From a virus (lineage: Duplodnaviria > Heunggongvirae > Uroviricota > Caudoviricetes), in the IMG/VR virus record IMGVR_UViG_2551306526_000003: DNA of 24,982 nt. The stretch is one strand, 5' to 3'. Of the stretch, positions 1 through 7,296 are shown in pieces. Below the pieces are notes generated by a model. It was not told the origin of the DNA, searched no databases, and worked only from the letters and a program-made list of their open reading frames with translations. The translations under genes were made by a program, and so were the position numbers. Positions within the stretch are counted from its first letter, which is position 1, and the number at the start of each line of letters is the position of its first letter.

Positions 1-1284
1 TTACTTCTTCGCCTCTGCAACCACTTTACTACCCACGCCGCGGTTATTGTATTCCCACATGCGGTTGTAGTTAGTGTCATTCAGATTGCGCTGTATTTCG
101 TCGTTATCATCTACGCTGCCGGTATTACCCGCAAACGGACGATTAGAGATCACCGCATCGGCCCACGGTTTAGCCGTGTTAAAACCTTCGTTGATGGCGC
201 TATCACGGATCACCACCTGACCGTTGGTATTGGCATCAACATCCAGCGAGCGGCCCAGTTGCGCCACACCATCACCGAAAGCATTGAAACGGCTGTTTAC
301 GGCGAGGAAACCGTAGTAAATGTTGGACAGCGTAGCCGGTGCAAACACATACGCTTCTTGCTGAGTACGTGAGTTCACCACGCGGAATTCGGTGTTATCG
401 AACACCACTGCGCCGCGACCAGAAACGATATCCACATCCCCTTCAATGTAGCTGTTGGTCACCAGCGTACGCGGCTGACGATTCGTTTCCAGACGGTTCT
501 GCACACCGCTGTTGGTGACAAAGAAGGTGTTCTGACGACCGAGAATGTTAACGTTGTTAATCTGTACCTGGTCACCATCAGTACGCAGTGCCACCGCCGG
601 ATGGTTACCTGCATCTACGCTATCGCCCAGCGTGTTTTCGATGGTCAGATTTTGCAGTTGCAGGCCATTGTTTTGTGACCAGAAGACCGCAGAGCAGAGA
701 ACACCGATACTGTCGCTGCGTTTGCTCTGGCAGCTATCGTACATATACCACGCTGGTTTACCTGGCATATATTTGCCGCGCGGGTTGACGTCGTGACGCC
801 AGTCGGCAGGGCTCATGCCACCATCAAGGGAAAGCCCAATCTTCACATCAATCGGTTTTTCACCTGTACCGTACAGAGTAATTCCACCCGGAGCGGCAGG
901 GACATATACCGTTCCCTGATACTCACCAGGCATCACGGCAATATACTGGCGCTTGTTGGTACGCTTGATAATTGCCGCATCTACCGCCGCCTGAATCGTG
1001 GTATGCGTTACACCTTGAGTGCCCGCCGGGCCGACAACAAAGTCAGGTTGCGCAGGCAGGGTAATCGGGGAAGGATTCCACGCTGCTGCACCTGGTGTCA
1101 GGGATGCAAAATAGTGTTGAGCATCGAAATTCTGCGCTTCTTTTGCCGACAGAATCGGGCGAGAAGAGGTACCAGGCGCGGTTTGATCAGAAGGACGTTG
1201 ATCGGGCGGGGTTGAGCTACAGGCGGTCAGCGTCACGCCAAAAGCCAATGCCAGCGCCAGACGGGAAACTGAAAATGTGTTCAC
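1..1284 (-). CDS. ybhC: YbhC-like outer-membrane lipoprotein (pectinesterase-fold, putative acyl-CoA thioesterase); complete 427 aa, GTG start; chromosomal gene flanking lambda attB
   Basis: Full ORF from track; lipoprotein signal (LTAC lipobox); sequence matches my recollection of E. coli YbhC; lies 47 bp from the att core, as expected for the ybhC side of lambda attB. Confidence 0.85.
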   Translation of the reverse strand: MNTFSVSRLALALAFGVTLTACSSTPPDQRPSDQTAPGTSSRPILSAKEAQNFDAQHYFASLTPGAAAWNPSPITLPAQPDFVVGPAGTQGVTHTTIQAAVDAAIIKRTNKRQYIAVMPGEYQGTVYVPAAPGGITLYGTGEKPIDVKIGLSLDGGMSPADWRHDVNPRGKYMPGKPAWYMYDSCQSKRSDSIGVLCSAVFWSQNNGLQLQNLTIENTLGDSVDAGNHPAVALRTDGDQVQINNVNILGRQNTFFVTNSGVQNRLETNRQPRTLVTNSYIEGDVDIVSGRGAVVFDNTEFRVVNSRTQQEAYVFAPATLSNIYYGFLAVNSRFNAFGDGVAQLGRSLDVDANTNGQVVIRDSAINEGFNTAKPWADAVISNRPFAGNTGSVDDNDEIQRNLNDTNYNRMWEYNNRGVGSKVVAEAKK

Positions 1285-1330
1285 AGGTTGCTCCGGGCTA
1301 TGAAATAGAAAAATGAATCCGTTGAAGCCT

Positions 1331-1345
1331 GCTTTTTTATACTAA
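1331..1345. other. attL: attL core (B-O-P') of lambda-type prophage; 15-bp common core GCTTTTTTATACTAA with bacterial B arm to the left and phage P' arm (about 1346-1418) to the right
   Basis: Exact lambda att core; right flank GTTGGCATTATAAAAAAGCATTGCTTATCAATTTGTTGCAACGAACAGGTCACTATCAGTCAAAATAAAATCATTATTTGATTTC matches the lambda P' arm running into the int 3' end; left flank is ybhC-proximal host DNA. Confidence 0.9.
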
Positions 1346-1418
1346 GTTGGCATTATAAAAAAGCATTGCTTATCAATTTGTTGCAACGAACAGGTCACTA
1401 TCAGTCAAAATAAAATCA

Positions 1419-2489
1419 TTATTTGATTTCAATTTTGTCCCACTCCCTGCCTCTGTCATCACGATACTGTGATGCCATGGTGTCCGACTTATGCCCGAGA
1501 AGATGTTGAGCAAACTTATCGCTTATCTGCTTCTCATAGAGTCTTGCAGACAAACTGCGCAACTCGTGAAAGGTAGGCGGATCCCCTTCGAAGGAAAGAC
1601 CTGATGCTTTTCGTGCGCGCATAAAATACCTTGATACTGTGCCGGATGAAAGCGGTTCGCGACGAGTAGATGCAATTATGGTTTCTCCGCCAAGAATCTC
1701 TTTGCATTTATCAAGTGTTTCCTTCATTGATATTCCGAGAGCATCAACATGCAATGCTGTTGGGATGGCAATTTTTACGCCTGTTTTGCTTTGCTCGACA
1801 TAAAGATATCCATCTACGATATCAGACCACTTCATTTCGCATAAATCACCAACTCGCTGCCCGGTAACAACAGCCAGTTCCATTGCAAGTCTAAGCCAAC
1901 ATGGTGATGATTCTGCTGCTTGATAAATTTTCAGGTATTCGTCAGCCGTAAGTCTTGATCTCCTTACCTCTGATTTTGCAGCGCGAGTGGCTGCGACCGG
2001 GTTTGTTGTTATATGGCCTTCAGCTATAGCCTCTCGGAATGCATCGCTCAGTGTTGATCTGATTAACTTGGCTGATGCCGCCTTGCCCTCGTCTATGTAT
2101 CCATTGAGCATTGCCGCAATTTCTTTTGTGGTGATGTCTTCAAGTGGAGCATCAGGCAGACCCCTCCTTATTGCTTTAATTTTGCTCATGTAATTTATGA
2201 GTGTCTTCTGCTTGATTCCTCTGCTGGCCAGGATTTTTTCGTAGCGATCAAGCCATGAATGTAACGTAACGGAATTATCACTGTTGATTCTCGCTGTCAG
2301 AGGCTTGTGTTTGTGTCCTGAAAATAACTCAATGTTGGCCTGTATAGCTTCAGTGATTGCGATTCGCCTGTCTCGGCCTAATCCAAACTCTTTACCCGTC
2401 CTTGGGTCCCTGTAGCAGTAATATCCATTGTTTCTTATATAAAGGTTAGGGGGTAAATCCCGGCGCTCATGACTTCGCCTTCTTCCCAT
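1419..2489 (-). CDS. int: Lambda integrase (tyrosine recombinase), 356 aa
   Basis: Protein MGRRRSHERRDLPPNLYIRNNGYYCYRDPRTGKEFGLGRD... essentially identical to lambda Int as I recall it; correct length and position next to the P' arm. Confidence 0.95.
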   Translation of the reverse strand: MGRRRSHERRDLPPNLYIRNNGYYCYRDPRTGKEFGLGRDRRIAITEAIQANIELFSGHKHKPLTARINSDNSVTLHSWLDRYEKILASRGIKQKTLINYMSKIKAIRRGLPDAPLEDITTKEIAAMLNGYIDEGKAASAKLIRSTLSDAFREAIAEGHITTNPVAATRAAKSEVRRSRLTADEYLKIYQAAESSPCWLRLAMELAVVTGQRVGDLCEMKWSDIVDGYLYVEQSKTGVKIAIPTALHVDALGISMKETLDKCKEILGGETIIASTRREPLSSGTVSRYFMRARKASGLSFEGDPPTFHELRSLSARLYEKQISDKFAQHLLGHKSDTMASQYRDDRGREWDKIEIK

Positions 2490-2685
2490 TTCTGATCCTC
2501 TTCAAAAGGCTACCTGTTACTGGTCGATTTAAGTCAACCTTTACCGCTGATTCGTGGAACAGATACTCTCTTCCATCCTTAACCGGAGGAGGGAATATCC
2601 TGCACTCGCGTACCCATCGACGAACTGTTTCAAGGCTTCTTGGGCGTCGCTGGCGTGCGTTCCACTCCTGAAGTGTCAAGTACAT
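2467..2685 (-). CDS. xis: Lambda excisionase, 72 aa; overlaps int start by 23 bp as in lambda
   Basis: MYLTLQEWNARQRRPRSLETVRRWVRECRIFPPPVKDGREYLF... matches lambda Xis; canonical xis-int overlap. Confidence 0.9.
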   Translation of the reverse strand: MYLTLQEWNARQRRPRSLETVRRWVRECRIFPPPVKDGREYLFHESAVKVDLNRPVTGSLLKRIRNGKKAKS

Positions 2686-3068
2686 CGCAAAGTCTCCGCA
2701 ATTACACGCAAGAAAAAACCGCCATCAGGCGGCTTGGTGTTCTTTCAGTTCTTCAATTCGAATATTGGTTACGTCTGCATGTGCTATCTGCGCCCACAGC
2801 ATCCAGTGGTCATAGCAGTCGCTGATGTTCTCGGCTTCGATAACTCTGTTGAATGGTTCTCCATTCCATTCACCTGTAACTCGGAAGTGCATTTATCATC
2901 GCCATAAAACAAAACTCGCCGTAGCGAGTTCAGATAAAAGAAATCCCCGCGAGTGCGAGGATAGTTACTTGTTCATATTATTAATCGTCAATGTATTTTG
3001 AGCATTGTGGGCAATCATCGATCCCACAATACGATTCATATGCATCCTTTATTGCGTCGCGGGCTTCA

Positions 3069-3073
3069 GTAAG
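3069..3073. repeat. Left copy of the 5-bp target-site duplication GTAAG flanking IS2
   Basis: Identical pentamer directly abutting both IS2 termini (3069-3073 and 4404-4408). Confidence 0.85.
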
Positions 3074-3164
3074 TAGACTGGCCCCCTGAATCTCCAGACA
3101 ACCAGTATCACTTAAATAAGTGATAGTCTTAATACTAGTTTTTAGACTAGTCATTGGAGAACAG

Positions 3165-3529
3165 ATGATTGATGTCTTAGGGCCGGAGAAACGCAGACGG
3201 CGTACCACACAGGAAAAGATCGCATTGTTCAGCAGAGCTTTGAACCGGGGATGACGGTCTCCCTCGTTGCCCGGCAACATGGTGTAGCAGCCAGCCAGTT
3301 ATTTCTCTGGCGTAAGCAATACCAGGAAGGAAGTCTTACTGCTGTCGCCGCCGGAGAACAGGTTGTTCCTGCCTCTGAACTTGCTGCCGCCATGAAGCAG
3401 ATTAAAGAACTCCAGCGCCTGCTCGGCAAGAAAACGATGGAAAATGAACTCCTCAAAGAAGCCGTTGAATATGGACGGGCAAAAAAGTGGATAGCGCACG
3501 CGCCCTTATTGCCCGGGGATGGGGAGTAA
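3165..3529 (+). pseudogene. insC: IS2 orfA (insC) with an apparent 1-nt deletion: the first 29 codons (ATG 3165, [20 protein letters not shown]...) run into TGA at 3252-3254, while the remaining 92 codons (3251-3529) are in another frame
   Basis: 29 + 92 = 121 aa, the full InsC length, but the two parts are in different frames. I recall the canonical sequence as ATCGCAATTGTT where the window has atcgcattgtt (about 3219-3229). Confidence 0.6.
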
Positions 3530-4392
3530 GCTTAGTCAGCCGTTGTCTCCGGGTGTCGCGTGCGCAGTTGCACGTCATTCTCAGACGAACCGATGACTGG
3601 ATGGATGGCCGCCGCAGTCGTCACACTGATGATACGGATGTGCTTCTCCGTATACACCATGTTATCGGAGAGCTGCCCACGTATGGTTATCGTCGGGTAT
3701 GGGCGCTGCTTCGCAGACAGGCAGAACTTGATGGTATGCCTGCGATCAATGCCAAACGTGTTTACCGGATCATGCGCCAGAATGCGCTGTTGCTTGAGCG
3801 AAAACCTGCTGTACCGCCATCGAAACGGGCACATACAGGCAGAGTGGCCGTGAAAGAAAGCAATCAGCGATGGTGCTCTGACGGGTTCGAGTTCTGCTGT
3901 GATAACGGAGAGAGACTGCGTGTCACGTTCGCGCTGGACTGCTGTGATCGTGAGGCACTGCACTGGGCGGTCACTACCGGCGGCTTCAACAGTGAAACAG
4001 TACAGGACGTCATGCTGGGAGCGGTGGAACGCCGCTTCGGCAACGATCTTCCGTCGTCTCCAGTGGAGTGGCTGACGGATAATGGTTCATGCTACCGGGC
4101 TAATGAAACACGCCAGTTCGCCCGGATGTTGGGACTTGAACCGAAGAACACGGCGGTGCGGAGTCCGGAGAGTAACGGAATAGCAGAGAGCTTCGTGAAA
4201 ACGATAAAGCGTGACTACATCAGTATCATGCCCAAACCAGACGGGTTAACGGCAGCAAAGAACCTTGCAGAGGCGTTCGAGCATTATAACGAATGGCATC
4301 CGCATAGTGCGCTGGGTTATCGCTCGCCACGGGAATATCTGCGGCAGCGGGCTTGTAATGGGTTAAGTGATAACAGATGTCTGGAAATATAG
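3487..4392 (+). CDS. insD: IS2 transposase orfB (InsD), 301 aa in the -1 frame; A6G slippery heptamer a-aaa-aag at 3481-3487 for the programmed -1 frameshift that makes the InsCD fusion
   Basis: Track [26 protein letters not shown]... matches IS2 InsD; ends with the DDE region and ...[29 protein letters not shown]. Confidence 0.9.
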
Positions 4393-4403
4393 GGGCAAAT
4401 CCA

Positions 4404-4408
4404 GTAAG
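4404..4408. repeat. Right copy of the 5-bp target-site duplication GTAAG flanking IS2
   Basis: See left copy. Confidence 0.85.
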
Positions 4409-4711
4409 AGTATTGAATAAGTTGCAGCTATTATCTTTTTGATATAGGTAAGTTCCTAATTTATAAGCAGAAGAAGCATCATTTCCGCTGTCTAAAATTA
4501 CATCGTTATGGATTCTGCACCTTGCAAGAACTCCTGATCCCATAAGGGTCTGCATAGCCCATTGCTCTTGATCTTCACACAAATCATGAATGCTCATTTC
4601 AACACCTCTCTTCACGTTTCACACACGTTAAGATTAACAGTGTTTTTACATGCTTTGGGAGATTTATTTTATAAAAACTCTTTTAATACAAATAGATATA
4701 ATAGTTCACTA

Positions 4712-5509
4712 TTATAGCTCCTTTAATCGAGGCGGTTCTGGTAGAGGCATCCAGTGGGTTACACCGCCAATTGGCTCATCGTCGTCGTACTCCAATGCGG
4801 CTATATAGAACCCGTCACGACGAGAATAAGAAATCCCGGACATTACAATGCCATCCGAAACAACAATAATGTCACCCGTTTCTTTCGGCATTCGCTCACT
4901 ACAGCTTATCCAACCATCCGGAGTCACCGGAAGCGAGAACGGCAGCACATCTCTGTGAACAAGTTTTTGCTGTGACAGGTTATCCAGAACTTTCTGTACT
5001 GCTGCATCACCGAATACACCAAGCGCATCTGCCATAACTCCTACAACCTGATAAGCCTCAGCGCATACCGTGGATAAACCATCCGGAATTACCGGAGAGT
5101 TGCCGGGTTCTTTAATGTGCAAGCGAGGCTCACCATCTTTTGGTTCAGGCCACTGGCGCTCCATGTTGATCTTCAATTTATCTTCCATAGCAGCGGTAAT
5201 TTCAGCATCGCTGATGCCAGCACGGCGCTGTGCATCCCACAACAGGAAATGCATATCAGCCCACTCGCTGAGATCGTCTGGTTCGGCTGCGGCTTCCAGA
5301 GCCTCTTTTGAGAGGTGTTTCAGTGGACCAATGGGGCCAACGCAGCCAAATGTGGAGTCAGACCATTTGGCATGCTCGTGGCGAATCAGTTCGCGTTCCA
5401 GTGATGCCAGTGCAATTCGTGCCAGTTCCATTTGTTCGCCACGAGTAAGCCCGTTTTCAAGCGGATTTTTAATGAACAATTCAATACGTTCTTTGGTAAT
5501 AGTGGTCAT
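4712..5509 (-). CDS. Accessory phage protein, 265 aa: N-terminal MazG-like all-alpha NTP pyrophosphohydrolase domain (DUF550, dATP/dGTP diphosphohydrolase-type) plus C-terminal DUF551-like domain
   Basis: ATG with SD AAGGA; segment KEALEAAAEPDDLSEWADMHFLLWDAQRRAG resembles the MazG-family EExxE/D-containing helix pair; architecture typical of lambdoid early-left cargo. Family names from memory, not searched. Confidence 0.55.
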   Translation of the reverse strand: MTTITKERIELFIKNPLENGLTRGEQMELARIALASLERELIRHEHAKWSDSTFGCVGPIGPLKHLSKEALEAAAEPDDLSEWADMHFLLWDAQRRAGISDAEITAAMEDKLKINMERQWPEPKDGEPRLHIKEPGNSPVIPDGLSTVCAEAYQVVGVMADALGVFGDAAVQKVLDNLSQQKLVHRDVLPFSLPVTPDGWISCSERMPKETGDIIVVSDGIVMSGISYSRRDGFYIAALEYDDDEPIGGVTHWMPLPEPPRLKEL

Positions 5510-5519
5510 TTGTTAGTCC

Positions 5520-6275
5520 TTAAACTGCTAGTTGCAATTGCATTTCAAAGCGGTCGCGTTGTTCACAATACGCAAGAGAACCAGGGCTATTGTGTGCCTC
5601 AATCCGTTCTACCATTAATGCTGCGCGTGTCTCTTTACTTGCAGGTGCATAAGCCCCAGACCAGGCTTTATCAATACCGATGTTTCGAGCGACGTTCGTA
5701 CTATCTGCGCTGGCTAAGGGTAATTTTGTGAATATCAGCGGATTTAACATGCGCAATCCATGTAGTTTCGTAACCGGCTGACCATGCCCATCAACAATGT
5801 GACGAATCAGGTCTTTCATTCTGGCTACCGCAAGAGTTGGGCGCTTTACGTCATAGTCGCCACAACTACCGATAGCCACTCGCGGAAACTCATTGCACAA
5901 ATGAATAAATCGCGCGTCACTTTCATTCATGTGCCACACTGGAACGCCAGCTAGTTTTCCGTGAGGCCACTCATTCAGAAGCGCATCATTTTCCTCCTCT
6001 CCGCCATCAATAATATCCGGGATAATGGCAAAATCGAATCCTGGGTGATTCTTCCAGCGAGCAACAAACTCGTAGTAATCGCTCCAGTCGATTTTGTTTT
6101 TGCCAGCTGCTTTCCAGGCGGTGAATGCACCGTTGTCCAGCGCGAACGACTGACAGTATTCAGCCGCGAGATTGATCTGGCCTGAATGCGCAAAACTGAT
6201 AAACGCATGTCGCCCTTTCCATGCTCTCATTGCGCACGTATCAGGAGTAATAGGCCCACCGTGGTAGTGAATCAT
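5520..6275 (-). CDS. Hypothetical enzyme with a TGT-like (tRNA-guanine transglycosylase / DpdA-like) motif pattern; 251 aa from the SD-preceded ATG at 6275 (track ORF extends to 6317)
   Basis: Strong SD AAGGAGAGTGAG-ATG at 6275, 1 nt after the upstream gene stop. Motifs (numbered from 6275): LD47NGAF vs Tgt TDSGGFQ; D81FAIIPD87 vs DIVMIFD; LHGLRM vs YLMGVG; SAD191STNVARN vs FDCVMPTRNARN, with compatible spacing. No CxCxxC...H zinc site. Motif-level only. Confidence 0.4.
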   Translation of the reverse strand: MIHYHGGPITPDTCAMRAWKGRHAFISFAHSGQINLAAEYCQSFALDNGAFTAWKAAGKNKIDWSDYYEFVARWKNHPGFDFAIIPDIIDGGEEENDALLNEWPHGKLAGVPVWHMNESDARFIHLCNEFPRVAIGSCGDYDVKRPTLAVARMKDLIRHIVDGHGQPVTKLHGLRMLNPLIFTKLPLASADSTNVARNIGIDKAWSGAYAPASKETRAALMVERIEAHNSPGSLAYCEQRDRFEMQLQLAV

Positions 6276-6276
6276 C

Positions 6277-6684
6277 TCACTCTCCTTTGATGCGAATGCC
6301 AGTAGCGCGGATTGCATCGATGACTTCAGAAACTTTGTATGCCATTACCGTTTGGTAATCATCGTGAAAATCTGTTCGATGAAGCATGCTGCTACGTTCC
6401 GGGAGCAGTATTTCCCGCGCTTCCAGTTCTGCAATGCGCTTTTTTGCTGCTTCCAGTTCATCCAGTAATTCCAGCACGGTAGCCGGATTAGCCTTGGCAA
6501 CAAAATCCCGGACTGGCTTACAATCAATCTCCGCAATGGGTTGATTCGATGTGTAGCCATGCTGTCTTGTATAACTACCGTGACGAATAACGAAAAAATC
6601 ACCATTTATTTTTTTAGCCTGCCACTTATCTTCACCGGCTTTCTCTGCCGCTTCACGCAGTGCCTGAGAGTTAATTTCGCTCAC
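6277..6684 (-). CDS. Ead/Ea22-like family protein, 135 aa, GTG start, coiled-coil segment
   Basis: Segment ANPATVLELLDELEAAKKRIAELEAR typical of Ea22-like proteins; GTGA start/stop overlap with the upstream gene; SD GAGAGG. Confidence 0.5.
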   Translation of the reverse strand: MSEINSQALREAAEKAGEDKWQAKKINGDFFVIRHGSYTRQHGYTSNQPIAEIDCKPVRDFVAKANPATVLELLDELEAAKKRIAELEAREILLPERSSMLHRTDFHDDYQTVMAYKVSEVIDAIRATGIRIKGE

Positions 6685-6902
6685 TTCGAACCTCTCTGTT
6701 TACTGATAAGCTCCAGATCCTCCTGGCAACTTGCACAAGTCCGACAACCCTGAACGACCAGGCGTCTTCGTTCATCTATCGGATCGCCACACTCACAACA
6801 ATGAGTGGCAGATACAGTCTGGTAGTTCAGACGACGCATTTTTATTGCTGTGTTGCGCTGTAATTCTTCAATTTCTGATGCTGAATCAATGATGTCTGCC
6901 AT
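6681..6902 (-). CDS. TraR/DksA-family C4-type zinc-finger protein, 73 aa
   Basis: Cys cluster THCCECGDPIDERRRLVVQGCRTCASC (CxxC ... CxxC) and size typical of phage TraR homologues. Confidence 0.75.
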   Translation of the reverse strand: MADIIDSASEIEELQRNTAIKMRRLNYQTVSATHCCECGDPIDERRRLVVQGCRTCASCQEDLELISKQRGSK

Positions 6903-6950
6903 CTTCCATTAATCCCTGAATTGTTGGTTAATACGCTTGAGGGTGAATGC

Positions 6951-6978
6951 GAATAATAAAAAAGGAGCCTGTAGCTCC
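6951..6978 (-). terminator. Intrinsic terminator on the minus strand (stem GGAGC/GCTCC, then U-tract) inside the leftward pL-type operon; candidate tL-type site
   Basis: Hairpin ggagc-ctgta-gctcc at 6964-6978; plus-strand A-run 6951-6963 gives UUUUUUAUUAUUC on the leftward transcript. Confidence 0.5.
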
Positions 6979-7000
6979 CTGATGATTTTGCTTTTCATGT

Positions 7001-7216
7001 TCATCGTTCCTTAAAGACGCCGTTTAACATGCCGATTGCCAGGCTTAAATGAGTCGGTGTGAATCCCATCAGCGTTACCGTTTCGCGGTGCTTCTTCAGT
7101 ACGCTACGGCAAATGTCATCGACGTTTTTATCCGGAAACTGCTGTCTGGCTTTTTTGATTTCAGAATTAGCCTGACGGGCAATGCTGCGAAGGGCGTTTT
7201 CCTGCTGAGGTGTCAT
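7001..7216 (-). CDS. Hypothetical early-left protein, 71 aa (MTPQQENALRSIARQANSEIKK...); track ORF runs to 7282, but the shorter start at 7216 is preferred because of ATGA coupling
   Basis: In the position of lambda orf61; the ATG at 7216 overlaps the stop of the small ORF 7213-7296. Confidence 0.5.
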   Translation of the reverse strand: MTPQQENALRSIARQANSEIKKARQQFPDKNVDDICRSVLKKHRETVTLMGFTPTHLSLAIGMLNGVFKER

Positions 7217-7296
7217 TGAACAAGTCCCATGTCGGCAAGCATAAGCACACAGAATATGAAGCCCGCTGCCAGAAAAATGCATTCAGTGGTTGTCAT
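7213..7296 (-). CDS. Candidate small hydrophobic single-TM peptide, 27 aa ([27 protein letters not shown]), translationally coupled on both sides
   Basis: ATG at 7296-7294 overlaps the TGA of the upstream ORF (7293-7295); its own TGA (7215-7213) overlaps the ATG of the 71-aa ORF; strongly hydrophobic core. Below the track size cut-off. Confidence 0.35.
   Translation of the reverse strand: MTTTECIFLAAGFIFCVLMLADMGLVQ

Larger units (their letters stand above)
3074..4403 (+). mobile_element. IS2 (IS3 family), 1330 bp, inserted in ea8.5; ends TAGACTGGCCCC ... GGGGCAAATCCA
   Basis: Terminal sequences and both ORFs (InsC 121-aa equivalent, InsD 301 aa) match IS2 as I recall it; flanked by a 5-bp direct repeat; one base shorter than the 1331 bp I remember for IS2. 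Confidence 0.9.
2981..4597 (-). pseudogene. ea8.5: ea8.5 interrupted by IS2 after codon 65: C-terminal fragment 2981-3073, N-terminal fragment 4404-4597; reconstructed ORF is 93 aa
   Basis: Removing IS2 plus one copy of the 5-bp duplication (1335 bp = 445 codons) restores one in-frame 93-aa ORF (MSIHDLCEDQEQW...NLFNTLT/EARDAIKDAYESYCGIDDCPQCSKYIDD). Spacing from xis (296 bp) and length (93 aa) equal lambda ea8.5 as I remember the lambda map; SD GAGAGGTG before the ATG at 4597. Confidence 0.65.

Noticed and set aside
545-1316. Plus-strand ORFs inside ybhC (545-796, 588-788, 793-1215, 1095-1316)
   Set aside because: Antisense to a complete, recognisable 427-aa gene
1670-2193. Plus-strand ORFs inside int (1670-1867, 1987-2193)
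   Set aside because: Antisense to lambda int
2554-2907. Plus-strand ORFs between xis and ea8.5 (2554-2907, 2640-2825)
   Set aside because: Overlap xis on the opposite strand and the non-coding interval that is also non-coding in lambda; no SD
3229-3963. Minus-strand ORFs inside IS2 (3229-3456, 3299-3499, 3532-3963) and plus ORF 3560-3853
   Set aside because: Antisense or off-frame to IS2 insC/insD
5520-6317. Longer 265-aa version of the TGT-like ORF starting at ATG 6317
   Set aside because: It would overlap the upstream gene by 41 bp and lacks an SD. The ATG at 6275 has a strong SD (AAGGAGAGTGAG) and sits 1 nt after the upstream stop. The longer form is not excluded
7217-7282. N-terminal extension MHFSGSGLHILCAYACRHGTCS of track ORF 7001-7282
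   Set aside because: Overlaps the translationally coupled 27-aa ORF in another frame; the internal ATG at 7216 with ATGA coupling is the more plausible start. Kept as the alternative
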